The position numbers and the translations under genes are program-made. The notes below the pieces were generated by a model, which was not told the origin of the DNA, ran no database searches, and saw only the letters and a list, made by a program, of their open reading frames with translations. Below, one piece after another: positions 48,286-63,584 of a stretch of DNA of 64,000 nt; position 1 is the first letter of the stretch; every line of letters starts with the position of its first letter. The DNA lies in NCBI RefSeq assembly GCF_009834535.1, contig NC_045697.1:27964001-28028000 (forward strand), in the 5' to 3' direction. The DNA comes from Camelus ferus (taxonomy: Eukaryota).

Positions 48286-50484
48286 GTCCCAGGCCAGTCC
48301 TAACTCAAAGGTTTTCCCAGAGACTTTATGAGCTTCCACGTGATAATAATTTTTCAAGTACCCTCCCTTAGTCTCATCCACCCCCCACGAACCACAGTAA
48401 CTACCCTTTTTCTGTAGAGTGGCCTTTGTCACTCTTTACTATTTCAATTAGTCACTGACCGCTCTCATTGACTCGTTGAATATCCAAAACTTAATGTCCC
48501 AGCTAAAAAGAAATATGCGTTATTTGCCTTTCTCACCTGCAGACTTGCTTACAGGTGTGTTGTCAGAGAATCCAAGGATTTTTGTTTAAAAAGAGACAGT
48601 CTAACTCAGTTATCTGGGAAGTGAAGGAATGAAGGAAAGCCCACGTGGGTCATTTGGAACCACTTGCTGTAAGATAGCTCCTGAGTAGTGAATGGGGGTA
48701 AAGGCATTTTCTGCTAGCTTTCATTTCAAATTACATTTTCATTTTAAGTCTCCACAAAAATATTAATGTCACTCAGCACACATATTTGTTGAGCGTCCCA
48801 CCATACTCAAGAGACCATGTTAAGTGCTATATGACATATGAAGACAAACAAGAAAGATCCTTGTCTTCATAGAATTTACAGTGTTATCGGAACACAAACA
48901 ACTGTAACCAAAGATGATTGTAATCATTGGAAGTGAGCTAGATACAAGGCACTCTGGGAGTTCAGGGGAAGAAAAATTACACCCAGCTAGGAGGAACAAA
49001 GAATGAGGAGGTGGTTATTTTAAATGGGCCTTAAATGTGTTAAAACAACATATTGAACCAACAGCCACCTGAGGGTCTCTTGTTCACATACTTATATTGT
49101 CTCGTTTAAGGATTTGGAAGGTCAACATGGTGGGTAAGCCTAGTGGGGTCAGAGCACAGAGGTCCTTGGATGCCAACTGAAGGATGTAACTTCATCTCAG
49201 TAGGAAGTGGGGAGCCCCTGAGCATGTCTGAGCAGGAGGTGACATAACCAGAGCAGTGAGGAAAATGGTGGGGAAGTGAACTGAGAACAACAGTGAGGAG
49301 GGGGTGAACCCAATATTAATATCATCAATGTGAATTAAACTGAGGACCTGATCAAAGCTGATGGTAGGGTAAATAGAAGTAAAAGACAGGCTACAGATTT
49401 GGAATAAAGAGCCTCCAGGATTTGAGCCCTGGTTGAATGTAAGAGAAGAGGAAGGTAGTATTGCAGATGGGGCCCTGACGTGGTTCAAAATCAAAGTCAG
49501 ACGTGGGCTCAGATCTCAGATCTGCCACATCCTTAAAGTGTGACCTCTGAGCAGCAGTTGCCTCATCTGTAAAATTGAGCTCATAATATCGAACTCGTAG
49601 GAGATACCCATTTAAAGAGCATTGATTTAACAGGCACTCAATAAATGATAACTATTGATATTATATATTCTTGAGACAGTGAAGATTTGGTCAATGACAG
49701 CCTTAAGATTTTAAGCCTGGGTTATTGGGGAAATCTAGGTGCCGTTAAAAGAAACCCAAAAGTCAGGAGGAAGGTATAGAATTAATGGCAAAGGTTTTCT
49801 CTGGGACACGACGAGATGTCCAGCTGGTCATTAGAACTGCTTATCTGGAGGTAGGGTAAGATTTCAAAACAGTGTATTGAGATATAATTCACACATCACA
49901 AAATTCACATACTACAAAATTCACTCATTTTAAATGTGCAGCTGAGTGGTTTTTAATATATTCATGGAATCATACAGCCATTATCACTATCTACTTTTAG
50001 GACATTTTCATCATCACCCACAAAAGAAATCAATGCTCAGTAGCAGTCATCACTCATTTCCCTTCCCTTCGGCACCTCGAAACTACTAATTTACCTTCTG
50101 CCTCTATGGAATGGAGGTAGATATTTGAGAGTCACAATACAAAAGTATGTAAAACTGTGAGAAAGGAACCTCATTCACCGAGGGAGAGAATGTAGTAAGG
50201 GGAAAGAAAACAACTGGACAACTTCAGGCAATGACTGTCTAAGGGGGCATGAGGATTAGCAGGTGCATGTGAGTTCTCAGCTTGTGCCATCATGTGGCCG
50301 GTGTCTTAAATGGCTTCTCACATACTGTGGTTTTAACAGCGACCTGAGATTTGACTGGTTGTAAACACTGAGGTCAACCAAAAAACCCACTGATTTGCTG
50401 GGGCTTGGCTGCTTGTGTAGTGAGAACACCGTGTCTTTATTTTAGACTAAGAAAATTGTCACGTTGAATTAGCCTTTTAGATAT

Positions 50485-50686
50485 GTGTTATCCAGTAAGG
50501 TGGCCACTCGGCACACGTGCCTATGTAAATTTAAATTTAAATTACTTAAAATTAAATTAAATTTAAAAATTAGTTCCTCAGTTGCACTAGCCACATTTCA
50601 AGTGCTCAATAGCCACATGTGACCATATTAGACAGTGAGGACTGAACATTTTTATCATCATTGAAAGTTCTGTGGAACTGCACTGT
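50485..50686. mobile_element. hAT-Charlie MITE (MER3-like)
   Basis: AT-rich palindromic core plus GCACTAGCCACATTTCAAGTGCTCAATAGCCACATGTG. Confidence 0.75.
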
Positions 50687-51125
50687 TCTACGTGATGGCA
50701 ATAACTTGCAAGCTTCGTAAAGAGTTTTCTGCTTTGTAGGTTATTTTGCAATGGCTACATTCCTCTTTTGGCTTAACATGTCACTTCCTTCCTTTCCATT
50801 TCATCCTTGTGATTTCTTGTCTAAACTATTGTCCAGATAGAGCCTAAGCTTTCACCCGCTGGTACCCAGCAAAGCACACTTATGTGTATGTAACTCTTTT
50901 TCTCAGTGTGACTCTCCGACTACACTGCAGAGGTCAATTTCAAGTATGTTTTGATAAGCTCTCAGGTATTTGCTCTACTTACTCCCATTATGAATACAAA
51001 TATAACTAATAAAGTCATATTAAATAAGTACTTTCACAGATACAGATAATACTCTTAGTTCCCCATGCATATTTCTTCATGCTAGGTAAGATATTCATGA
51101 AAGTTTAAAGATAGCTCTGTAGGTT

Positions 51126-51538
51126 TGTATTAGTTTCCAATTGCTGCTGTAACAAAGTACAACCAATTTTAGTGGTTCATAACAATGCAAATGTACTCTC
51201 TTGCAGTTCTGCTGTCTGGGAGGGGAGAATGGTTTCTTTGACTTTTTCAGCTTCTAGTGGCCACTTGTGTTTTTTGGCTCATGTCCCCTTCCTTCATCTC
51301 CAGAGCATCACTCCAGTCTCTGCTTCTGTCGTCGCATCACCTTTCCCTCTTTGTAGTCAAATCTCCCTCTGCCTCTCTCTGGTAAGGACATTTGTGACTT
51401 CATTTAGGACCCACTTCAATCATCTAAGATTCTTAATTTAATCATATCCTCAAAGTCCTACTTGCCATATAAGGCAATATTCACTGCTTCCAAGGATTAT
51501 GACATGGATATCCTTGGGGGCCATTATCAGCCTACCCC
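51126..51538 (-). mobile_element. MaLR MLT1-type solo LTR
   Basis: TGTATTAGTTTCC..TTGCTGCTGTAACAAA start and GGGGCCATTATCAGCCTACC end. Confidence 0.75.
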
Positions 51539-51641
51539 AAGGTTACATAAAGTTTCTTCTTGGTAGAAGAAAGGTGACTCCCCCCCCAGATTTAACTTAA
51601 TCATTCAGAGTTTTGAATTAAATTTTAACAATTCAGTTTAA

Positions 51642-52073
<432 letters not shown>

Positions 52074-55000
52074 TGATACCTACCACAGGCACAGATTTGT
52101 GCCAGGCTGTGTGGGTAGTGATTGGGCGTTCAGAATATGCTATGACATCACCTTTGTTGTCAAAGATGTGTGGTGAGAAAAGACATATACGAGAATAATT
52201 GGCCATTATAATATTTGCATTTTGATAATTACATTATTATTAATATTAACAACCACCAATTATTGGACACATTCTGTGTTCCAGGCATTCTGCTAGCTAC
52301 TTGATGTGTTATGTAATTCACTCCATATAGCAGTTCTTTGAGGTTCTAAGCTGGATATTATTAACCTCAAGTTAGAGAAGGGGCAACCAGGCTCAGAAAT
52401 ATTGAACAACCCAGTAAGATATGAAGCTGCTCGGTAGTGAATGGAAGATATTGTGATATTGAACATAATGAGCCCAAATTATGAATGAGCATGATTCCAC
52501 CCTAAACAAGTCAATGTTTCTGTAATATCACTTAAATGTTAATGCGTATTTGCAAATCCACTATGAACATCTGAAACATTCAGATCACTGATTTATTATC
52601 ACATACCAGGGGACCAGAGGCAGAACACGGTCCTGCTTCCCTTCACACCTGTCTCTCTGGGAGGTAAGACAGGCTGGTGTCTCCCAGGTGGTACCTCGTT
52701 CCACATCGATATGATCAACCAGCTGAGTTTTCCTGACACCTTCACTTCCATCTACGTGGGGATTGGGAGGGGTGGGGAGGCATGCAGTGTAACAGGAGGA
52801 GGTGGGCCCCTCTCCTCCAATCCTGTCTTCTAGAAGGATGCTAGAGTATGGGGGAATCGGCGACTTCCCTCTGCCAGACCCAGCCCTGCTCATCCTGAAA
52901 TGTGCCACCACAGGTGACCTCCTTGCAGGGACTGCCATGTGCATTGAGGGAAGGGGACTGAGCAGGGAGTCAGGGGCCTGGGCTGTCATCCTTCATCTGG
53001 CCTTTACTCTCTTATTTGGACAAGCCACTTCAACTCTCTGTGCTTCAGTTTTTCCTCTGTAAAATGAGGAATTTGCACACAAAGGCCTCAAGGTATCCTT
53101 CTATTTCGTGATCATTTTTTTCAAAATCAAGCTTCTTGGGCCTTAGTTTCCTCAAAACAACTCTTAGAATTGCCCTAAGATGAGATGGTCTTCCTCAGGG
53201 AAGTGGAGGTTTCCCGTCGCTGGAGATGTGTAAACAAAGGCAAACAATCATTTTGCAGGGATGTCAGGGGGGCGATTTGAGGACCAACTGGGAGTTGTGA
53301 TCAGATATGTAAACATACATGCAAAATTTTGTATATGTGTTCCATGAGTTCACAGAGTCTTTAAAGCCATCCATGGACCCCTTGAAGGACTAAGAATTCA
53401 ACTCCAGCTGAACATTTCAACCACTGAGAGAGCTTTAAAAAATAATGATGCCAGGGCCTGTGTTAGTCTGGGTTCTCCAGAGAAACAGAATCAATGGGAT
53501 CTATCCTATACCCATATTTACCTGTATGCCTGACTGGAACCTGTTTTCTCTCCATGCTGTCTTTCTAGGGGAGCATCGGTTCCCAATTTTTATTATAGGT
53601 GCTACCGTTAATAAATATATTTGTACATTAAGAAAATATCTTAGCCACAGTGTTCTGGCCTGAGATGACTTAAAGAAACTATATATGCTCCACTGCCTCG
53701 AAATACATATACTCCTGATGGCTAGGGTATACGTTTCAATTTCAGACTTCCAAAAATTATAACAAGGTTGTTAATAAAGATAGCACAATAAAAATCAGTA
53801 TGTTCCTACGCATCTGCTGCCTTCTTAAATTCTGAGCAAACAATGAGTCCTGCTTTTGAAAGCTCTTTTTAAACCTCCTTAATGCTATAGGGATAGAGCT
53901 GATTGACTGACAGATTTCTGATTCTCTCCCAGCACAGCGCTGAGAGCTTTCAAGGACTTTGGAAAGGTGAGCATTTCCTCATAATGACACATCACAAAAG
54001 TATCTGGACGGAAGTACAAATGTTGGTCACAGAGCTGGGGCCAGGGCCCTGCGTGTATGTGTGTGGCGTTGCAGCAGCAGCTCGGACAGAACCACGGTGT
54101 GGGAGGAGTACCTGTGGGTACCTCAGCTCCAAGAAGGCAGAAGGCTGGTGTGGGTGGCTGGCAGGGCCTTGCGGGGAAAGGAGGGCTCTTTCACCAAGGG
54201 CACATTTAAACCTCTCTACATAGGTGCGAGTTTAGTCTCTTTTTCATAATTACCAGAGAAGGGGATTCTACTCTCTCTCTCGGCAACTTCTCCTTCTATC
54301 TTAAGTTAATATCAGAAGAACTCAATTTTGTGCCTCATCTTCAAGCATTGTTCATTTGCTCTATTTTGTTTGCTCTTTGTTGAACACTTATAAGGAGTCC
54401 TTTTGCAGTGATGAAAACAACCATTTTTCTGTTGATCCAGAAGAGAATGCATTCTACAAAAAATCTTGAATCAAAGTTCATTTACAAGTTGGCCCTTTGA
54501 ATTTTGAACCCAGATCTGCTGAGGAATGGTGGGTCCTATAGGAAAACAGCCCAGCTCAAAAGCCTATTTGATCCCAGCTATATCTAAGCCTAAAAGAATA
54601 ATCAAACTTTAAAAAAAAAAGTTTCTAAGAGAAATTGCCTGCTTTAAAAAAAAAACAGAATAGCCTTTAAGGAAGCATAAACTAGTATTTTCTAGGACAC
54701 ACTAGATTTTGTGATAATGTACTTAAATGTATATATATTTTTCTATAAGTAGCCTTGGTCCCCTTAAAATCCACATTGTTATCTTCACCTTTGCCTGAGT
54801 CAGCATGGTGGCCATAACTTGGCAGGTGGTAGGGTGTGACTACAAGGGGGCCTGGGGCCAGGATTTCTGCCAGCTGCTGAGCTGGCACCTCTGCTTTGAA
54901 GGATCATACCATCCACAGTTGATGTACTCAGAGAAGCTACCTCTGTCTTTAGGGCCTCTTCTCTTTGTCATCCATCCTGATGTATAGACACAGAAGCCAC

Positions 55001-55745
55001 GGAGTTAAGACTTCCTGCAGAAGTCCACTCTACAACATCCATAAGAGATGGTCCCCAGCCTCACTTGAACCTTGGAGGTTGGACTAGATCCTCTAAGGCC
55101 TCTACCAGCCCCATAGCACCGTGCGTCATGCCCTGGAATCTGAGTAGTGCAGCTGTCTTCAGGATGCCTGCAATCTAGCTGGGGAAGGCAGTGTTGCACT
55201 AAAGCAATGATGGCATGTCTTATAGTACTGGATAGGACAAGCACAAAGAATCCTGAGATGGAGCATTTAATCTGAAGGAGACAGTGAAATCTTCAGCCTC
55301 AACTCAGAGATGTCTGTCTTGGTGCTAGTCAGGAGTGACATTTATTCCTCGAGCTTGTGGGACCTTTATTTTATACTAGAAATACCAAGAAATATCACCC
55401 AAAGTAAAAGAATGTCATCTGTATTGTCCTACACCAGTGCATAAGGCCAATATGAAGAGGGTGAAAAAAGCCAGCATTCTCAAGGGAAACATAGACTACC
55501 ACTCGATAGATCGCTCCCAAGCAAAGGAAAAGTAGAATGTTTAAGAGCTGTAAAATTGCTAACAAGAGAGATGAGAGAATATAGGCCAACCAAGACACGC
55601 TGATGACAGATTTTTGCCCCTTAAATGTGTGGGTAGAGTTTGCTCCAGTTGTATTTATTTCCTCCTTTAAGCCTCTCTACATGATAGAACCCAATTTTTG
55701 ACTTGGGCAACCAGGTGGATGCTGTTACATTTTGGCCCTATTGGG

Positions 55746-55935
55746 CGGTGCTTCCTCAGTCTGGTAGTGTGTTAGAATCCCCTGGGAAGCTTGTTAGAAT
55801 TCAGATTCCTGGGCTTCACCCTGAGAGATTCTTATTCAGAAGATCACAGTGGAAGCTAAGACTCTGTATTTTTAATAAGTTCCTCCAGATAATACTTTTG
55901 CAGTCAGTCTGTGGACTAGTGTTTGGGAACCACTC
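55746..55935. mobile_element. hAT-Charlie MITE (MER5-like)
   Basis: TTAGAATCCCCTGGGAAGCTTGTTAGAATTCAGATTCCTGGGC...TTTGGGAACCACT. Confidence 0.65.
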
Positions 55936-58368
55936 ATACTAGTACACAGAAAGACCTAGTTGGAGAATCAGGTGAGATTGAGAAGATGGTGAGCTCAGTG
56001 TTGAACATGCCATGGGACATCCAAGTGAAGATATTTTGGGGGCAGTTGGGTATAGGGGTCTGGAGCCCAGGAGAGAGAGAGAGAGAGAGATTTGGAGGCC
56101 ATTAGCCATTGGATGTTTAAGTAATGGGAGTGGGTGAGATTGCCCAGGTGTTATGTATAAATAAAGACAAACAGAGGCCAAGGACTTGGTCCTGAAGTCT
56201 CCTGCCTCTAAGCCAGTTCGGTCATGCACAACTCTTAGATGCTTTCTGGTAGGTTGTGGTTGCCAGTAAAGAAGTTGAGATGGTAAGAGTTATCTCTTTT
56301 CTCTGTAATCTCACCATCACGTTCTATAAATGAAATCAAGTCTCAGATTACATTATAGTGTACTGACATTTTTAAATTAAATGTTAATTAACAAGAAAGT
56401 TAAAAATAGCTCATGAGAACTCATGTAGGCTTGGCAATGTGCCATTGTTCTAGACTTCTAGGTGCTTTGAGCCCCACCCTGAGTGAAAGGTTTATTCAAG
56501 GCAAATGCCTAGAATTCTGGAGGCAGGGTTTCCTTTCCTTACACCTGGCATCAAGAAGCCAGAATTCCCCAGAGTTCAGAGCTGAATAGAAGACCATTTA
56601 GCCCTGGGCAAAATCCTTTCTTACACCCTACCCATGGAAAGGTAGAAAGAGGCTCTAAAATATATTTAACCATCTACAAGTGGTTGAATACCTTTAATTT
56701 CACCGTCTAGAGCCCCTTTCACATATTCAGAATACTAGTTAGCAGTCCACATTTACCCGTTAAAACCCATTCCTGCAATTCAGTGTGCTGATTAGCAAAG
56801 CATTGCATGTTAATACAGGTACAGATAATGGAAGTGCTCATTATAGCTGCCTCCAGAGTATGGCTTTCCTGATTAGGATGCCAGCTGACCACCCTGGACA
56901 GTGCTTGAAGCAGTTGGGTTGTGACCTAATCTAAGGAGCTCCCATAATATCACAATACGCATGTAGAAACTTTCTAAAGTAAGCTGAAATCATAATAATA
57001 AAGGGTGGGCAGAAAAAGCAAGTGTCAGAAGACAGGGCATGGAAGCCATGAGAATAGTCTTTTAAGAATTGAAAAGTGGTTAAGCTTGTAATGCTACGGA
57101 GAGGTCAGGAAATAAAACAACTAAAATGAGTCCATGACTTTGACAACAGGGAAGCCATTGTGACCTTGATGAGAATGGTTTCATGAAATAGTGACCACGG
57201 GACAGTCACTGTGGTGGGTAGAGGAGGGGAGGTGGGTGGATATAGAAGGTAGGCACCTTTTTTAAGAAGTGAGGATGGAAAGACATGGAGCAGAAACCAG
57301 ACAGGTCTGAAAGAAACATTTTGTCATTGCGATTTTCATTTACTGGTTTTAAGGTAGAGGAGTCATGCACATTATTAAGTATGGGAAGCAGCCTGGAGAA
57401 AAAGGTTGAAAAGCCAGGAGAGAAGGGAAACCAGGTGGAAGTGATTAGGTATCAGTTCCATTATGATAGAAGGAAGTAATTGTGAGTGGGGGGCAGTAAA
57501 GTTAGGTTTGTGTTGAGATGGGTTTTTGGTGTAGGCCAGTATGTGTTTTGTGCGTTAAAAAAAAAAAACTACTCTGACTTTTAATTTGGTTTAAACAGTT
57601 AGTGTTCAATTTATTAAGGTTACAGATTCATAATGTCAATTCTCCCTAGTATTTACATTCATCTCACAAATCTCACTCTATGTAGAAGTCTAGCATAATT
57701 GAACAGTCACTTTCAAGGGGCTTTTGATTAATACTTCATCCTTTTTTTACCAACTTGAACATGTTCAAATATTTTTAAACTATATCGATAAATTTAATAT
57801 ATTCTATCTACTTTTTAAGTACCTCATTTATCTACTTAAACAAAATCTTGCTGAATACTTAAGAATTGTTGTAAATCTATTAAATTAAGCTTATAGAGTG
57901 GACCAAATGACCTCTTCGATGGTTCAACATTATGCATAAATTTAGGAAGAGTGCAACTTAAAATCATAAGTTTAATAATTCAATTACTCATTTTAAATTG
58001 GTTTTCAAAAATTGTCACTCTAATCGGCCAAATTCCTTAAACATTAGTAGAACAGAAAAGACCAAATATGCACAAAAATATTAATGGCATGACTTTTATG
58101 CTTTAAACCTTTCTATACATGATTTTAAATCTTCCTATAGTTGAATGATGAAACTCACCAAGGTAGAAAATTACGTGGGAATCACAGGCCATTTTCAAGC
58201 AAATAGTTGACAGATCTGAAGGCATCAGAGCAATTTACATCCTCCAGGATGTCACACTGAGCCCCTTTTTATAACAGCTGTATCATGGGTTACAAAAGTT
58301 AAGAAGGGTTTGGGTCACAACTCCTACTGTCTACACCCCTAGACAAAAATTATACATAGTATCTGATT

Positions 58369-58837
58369 GTTTTTTTTTTTCAGTTGAAGTGTAGTTGATT
58401 TACAATGTTGTGTTAGTTTCAGGTGTACAGCATAGTGATTCAGTCATACATATACATTTTTTTCAGATTCTTTTCCATTATAGTTTATTACAAGATATTG
58501 AATATAGTTCCCTGTGCTATACAATAAATCCTTATTGTCTATCTATTTTATATATAGTAGTGTGTATTTGTTAATCCCAAATTCCTAATTTATCCCTCAC
58601 CCCCTTTCCCCTTTGGTAATGGTAAGTTTGTTTTCTGTGTCTGTGAATGTGTATCTGTTTTGTAAATAAGACCATTTATATCATGTTTTTTAGATTCCAC
58701 ATATAAGTGATATCATATGCTATTTGTCTTTCTCTGTCTGACTTCACTTAGTATGATAAATCTCTAGATCCATCCATATTGCTGCAAATGGCATTATTTC
58801 ACTCTTTTTCATGGCTGAGTTTTGTGTAAATATATGT

Positions 58838-58868
<31 letters not shown>

Positions 58869-59112
58869 CATATATATCTTCTTTTTCAATTCATCTGTCA
58901 ATGGACACTTAGCTTGCTTCCATATCTTGGCTATTATATACATAATGCGGCTATAAACATTGGGTGTCCATGTGTCTTTTTGAATTAGAATTTTCATGTT
59001 TTCTGAATATATGCCCAAGAGTGGGATTACTAGATCACATGGTAACTCTATTTTTAGTTTTTTAAGGAACCTCCATACTGTTCTCCATAGTGGCTTCACC
59101 AATTTACATCCC
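58369..59112 (-). mobile_element. 5'-truncated L1
   Basis: Poly-T, L1 3'[27 protein letters not shown](T/C)AGTATCTGATT on both sides. Confidence 0.88.
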
Positions 59113-62100
59113 ACACAGTATCTGATTCTTGATCTATTCAAGGAAATAGGACAACCAGGTTGATCTTTGATCTTTAAGAGAGGTACATATATTCTCTATC
59201 TAAATGTTAAAGACCTTTGAATTTCATGGAATTCTATTTGTACATTTTTAATACCTAATGATAACTTTGAACTTGATAGTCTTAAATAAATAAATATATT
59301 TTCTATTTAATGATAGAAACCTTTAAATGGGATACCAAATATGTAAATATCCTTCTATTTAAAGAACTTTGAACTTGATAGACTCTTGCACTCTTTTACA
59401 TTCTTAGGACCACGTAACAGTTATAGATGTCTAAATGATCTCCAGTTGAGTTTTGGAGATCCCTCTTGATCAAGCCAAGTCTGATTTGCTCTTATAATAT
59501 GAGATCATTCTTCTGAGAGTTTATGGAGAGTGGGCAGGAACGTGAGAGAGTTCTCATCTGATGGCTTCTATTTTCTCTGTGAATTAGGATGTGAAGTTGT
59601 CTGTTAAAGGAGGTAGGGGTCTCAAGGATGAGAGTGAGAAAAAAGCTTTTGAATACCCATATTTGATAATGGGAGTTCTGAGTAGATCCATGCTGCCTAC
59701 TTTATAGTCTCATAATTATGTGACATTAAAGCCATTTAAAGTGGAGACAATACTCAAGTTGAGATGTATTTATAATTTATGTCAAACATTTCATTGATAT
59801 GGTTTTTATATTAACCATACATTCATATTTAGTTCATATTCATATTTAGTTACTTGAGTATTTGCCATTGATAACAGATATTCTTTGTAGCTAATCAAGA
59901 AGTCACAGCTCAGTGTCAAAGGAGCTTTATTAATAAAGCAATTGAAGTAGTCACTTACTATACTGCAAGAAGTTCTATACTCATTTAACATTTATTTCCA
60001 TTTGCTAGTCAATTACCAGCTGTCAGAGCATATTAAGTATTGTAATTTGAGTCAGAAGCTGTCACCCCTAAGTGTATTAACTCTTCCTAATCACATAGGT
60101 AGTGATTTGTCCCGTGAAAGAATTATATTAATCACTGACTTAAATCTGTCTACATGATGGTATAAAATTGCCACTGGTTTCTGTTGCTGAAGTGAAGTAA
60201 ATCAATGTAGACACCAAAAATGAAGGCAGGCTGTCATGAATCATGAGTATTTCAATTCATGTTAACAAGCTTCTCATTGTTTCCAAACAGAAAAAAAAAA
60301 GTCAGCCAACTTTCAAAGCTTTTTGCATCTTAATGTTAAAAATGTAGTTACTTTTTATTATTATTTTTGCTAGTTAACATTTATGGAGTATCTATTATGT
60401 GCTAGACACTATGCTCACAGCTTTATGTGAATTATTTCTTTTTAATTTTCATGATAACCCTGTAAGGTTGTTGGTTCTTATGGCTGCATTTTGTAATGAG
60501 TAAATGATGGCTTAAAAGACTTGAGCAACTAATTTGTCCAAAATGTGAGAGCTGGAGTCAAACCCAAGTAACCGTTTCTCTTGACCAGTAGTCTACATTG
60601 ATGGATGGTGTTTGATATTTACTAAGTGAATCAGTTAGGAATGCATTTGGGTGCAAGTAACCAAAATCTAACATATAGTTGCTTACAAAATAGTAATGTA
60701 TTATTTTTTTCCTCACTTAACAGAAAGAATAAAGATAGGAAATTGCTCACATTTGTTAAGTAGCTCAGCAGTGCCCAGGACCAGTGACTCTGTGATTCTC
60801 TAGCCTTTCTCTCATGGCAGCAAAAACAGCCACTTCAGTTTCAAGTATCAGGTCCACATTCAGGGCAGGGAAAAGGGAAAGGAGAGAGTTGACAACAGCC
60901 ATAACTATATAATTTTATCATGAAAGCAAAAACTTTCCAATTTATATCTCATTGGTCAAAACTGTTTCACATGTCCACCCTTATCTGCAAGGGTAAAATA
61001 CTACACATAGACAGAAGTTGGGGATGATTGATGGACAAGACTTGAGTCAAAAGTTACAGAATCTGGAAACTGTAGGTATTTTTCACTTCCTCCGTAATTT
61101 CTTCCTTTCATTTTTTGGAGCGAAAGAGTTATGATTCTCCATCTCCTAATGTACTCTTACCTTATTTTCTAAAATGCACTCGTGGATATTAGGGAAAGCT
61201 ATGGTTCCGTTAGTTGAGTTAGGATGCCTTAGTTACAAGTAATGGACACTACTGCACACCTAAGAAGATGGGTGAATTTCAGTCATATACTCAATAACTG
61301 AATTTACTAAGCACTCATTATTTGCCACGCACTCGTCTGTGCTCTGGGAATACATCAGTGAACAAAACATTAAAAGAGAGAGAGAAACACTATACTGAAA
61401 TCTCAGACAACCCAAAGGTAGGAGTGCAGCAGGGCCTTGAAGAGGGACAGGAACCAGGGGTTGAGAAGCTATCAAGAATCCAAATAACTTCTCTGAGCAT
61501 ATTGCCTTCCTTCTGCTCACTCTGCTTTCTCTTAATTCTTAGTCCGTGTGGTGGGTAGAATATGGTCACCCCACGTTGCCTGAGTTTTTATGTTCTGTTC
61601 AAGCAACCAGCTCAGGCTGAACCAGAATATCTCAGCCCCAGTTGAAATACCTAAGAAAAAGAATTTGAACCGAGTGAGCCCAGGGATAGTGAGAGATATA
61701 ATTACAGAGGTCATTGTGCGTGGAGTGGACGCCTCAAAAGCTCTCTCCCTCAAAAGGCTTCCTATTGGTCCTCCCCACGTCCAAGCTTGTTGACGCTTTT
61801 CTAGACACTGTCTATCCATGCCAGAGCTCCCTCCTACCACTCCATTGAAGAGCACATTGTTTAGTGCTGTAAAAATTGCATGAGTCAAGACTGTTTTGGA
61901 CTTTTTCAAATCACCTTAAAATACTAAGTCTCCCCCCTCCCCACCACAGCCCTGTTCCTGTCTTCCATATAATAGGAAATTTGGGTCTTAGTTGACATCA
62001 AATTTCCTTCTTCTCACTTCAAGCCAAGTGCTCAGAAGCCAATACCACTATAAATCAATTTGGCTCCAAAGTGCACATTGCAGTGTGGGTTGGTATATTC

Positions 62101-62230
62101 TTTTATGGCCGTTATAAACTGTAAGCCAGTGAGATGTTTGCTGGTGACTTTTTTTTAACCTTCGCTTTGTTTTAGACCGGTGGGTGTTTTTCCATTCAGG
62201 GATAAACTGAATTGCTGACCTTGTGGCTAA

Positions 62231-62380
<150 letters not shown>

Positions 62381-63475
62381 TAGGATATGACATTTTGATC
62401 ATACCATGTACTGATAGAGTTTAACATTCGCTCATGAGATAATAAGAGCAAATCGTTTTTAGTGCTTACTGTTCTGAGTGCTTCCTGTATGATACATTTA
62501 TTCTTCAAAATAACCCTACAAAGAGGTACTCTTCTCCGTTTTAGAGGTAAGGAAGCTGAATCACAGATAGGTTAAGACCTTGTCCAAAGTCAAGGGTAGC
62601 TGAATTGGGCTTTGAACCATACAGCATGGCTTTTAACTATTACATTATATTGCCTCTTAGAATAGAAGATTTGGGCATTTATAATATATTCTTTTTTTGA
62701 GTTTTTTAAATTGAGTTATAGTCAGTTTACAATGTTATGTCAATTTCTGGTGTACAGCACAGTTTTTCAGTCTATAATTTACTCTTAAAGCATTGTGCTT
62801 ATCATCCCACTTGAATGTTTTAAAATATACAACTAGCCTACTCCCCCAAAGGATTTGAGGTGTCTCAATAAAAGGCACTTCATCATGGGCATTGAAATAC
62901 AGATAGGAAGGATATATACATATATATAGAGAGAGAGAGAGAGGGAATTACTACAATTGAACATTGACCTTGACTCTGAGATTCTTGACTGCCAATACAT
63001 TATCTATCTTATTGAATGATGAAACAGAACTTAGTTGATCTAGATAAGTTTATTTTCCTTATGTTAAATTTTTGAAGAAATGTCCTGCATTGACTCTTAT
63101 ACAAAGAGAAAATATAGTGGCCAATGTCGTTATTGGCAAAGATTTATCAAAATGTTCTTCTTTTTTCTGAAAACATATACCTTGTTTAGTAGATATACCA
63201 AAATTTATACATCTCAGTCACACTTCATAAGTTAAAAAAAAATTCATCGAGTCTAACATAGCTATATGCATTGAAAATAATGCAAATAACTTATTTATAT
63301 AGTATTTATTTACATAGTAGATAGTTTTACAAAATTTAGAGTGGAAAAATTAGTTTTTTTTCTTTCACAGTATGTAAGTTAGTTCTAATGCCAATCATAA
63401 ATGACAAACACATAATTTATTTGCCTGTTTGACTCCCCAGTGTCTAAGTTGTCACTGAAATCTGCAGTAGCTTTT

Positions 63476-63584
63476 GGGGGGGGGTAATTAGGTTTATTTA
63501 TTTATTCAATGGAGGTACTGGGGGTCGAACCCAGAATCTCATGCATGCTAAGCATGCACTCTACCACTAAGCTGTACCCTCCCC
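63476..63584 (-). mobile_element. tRNA-derived SINE (Vic-1-like) monomer
   Basis: Same head as the copies at 9640-9948; TSD TCTGCA(G/A)T(A/G)GCTTTT at 63461-63475 and 63585-63599. Confidence 0.88.
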
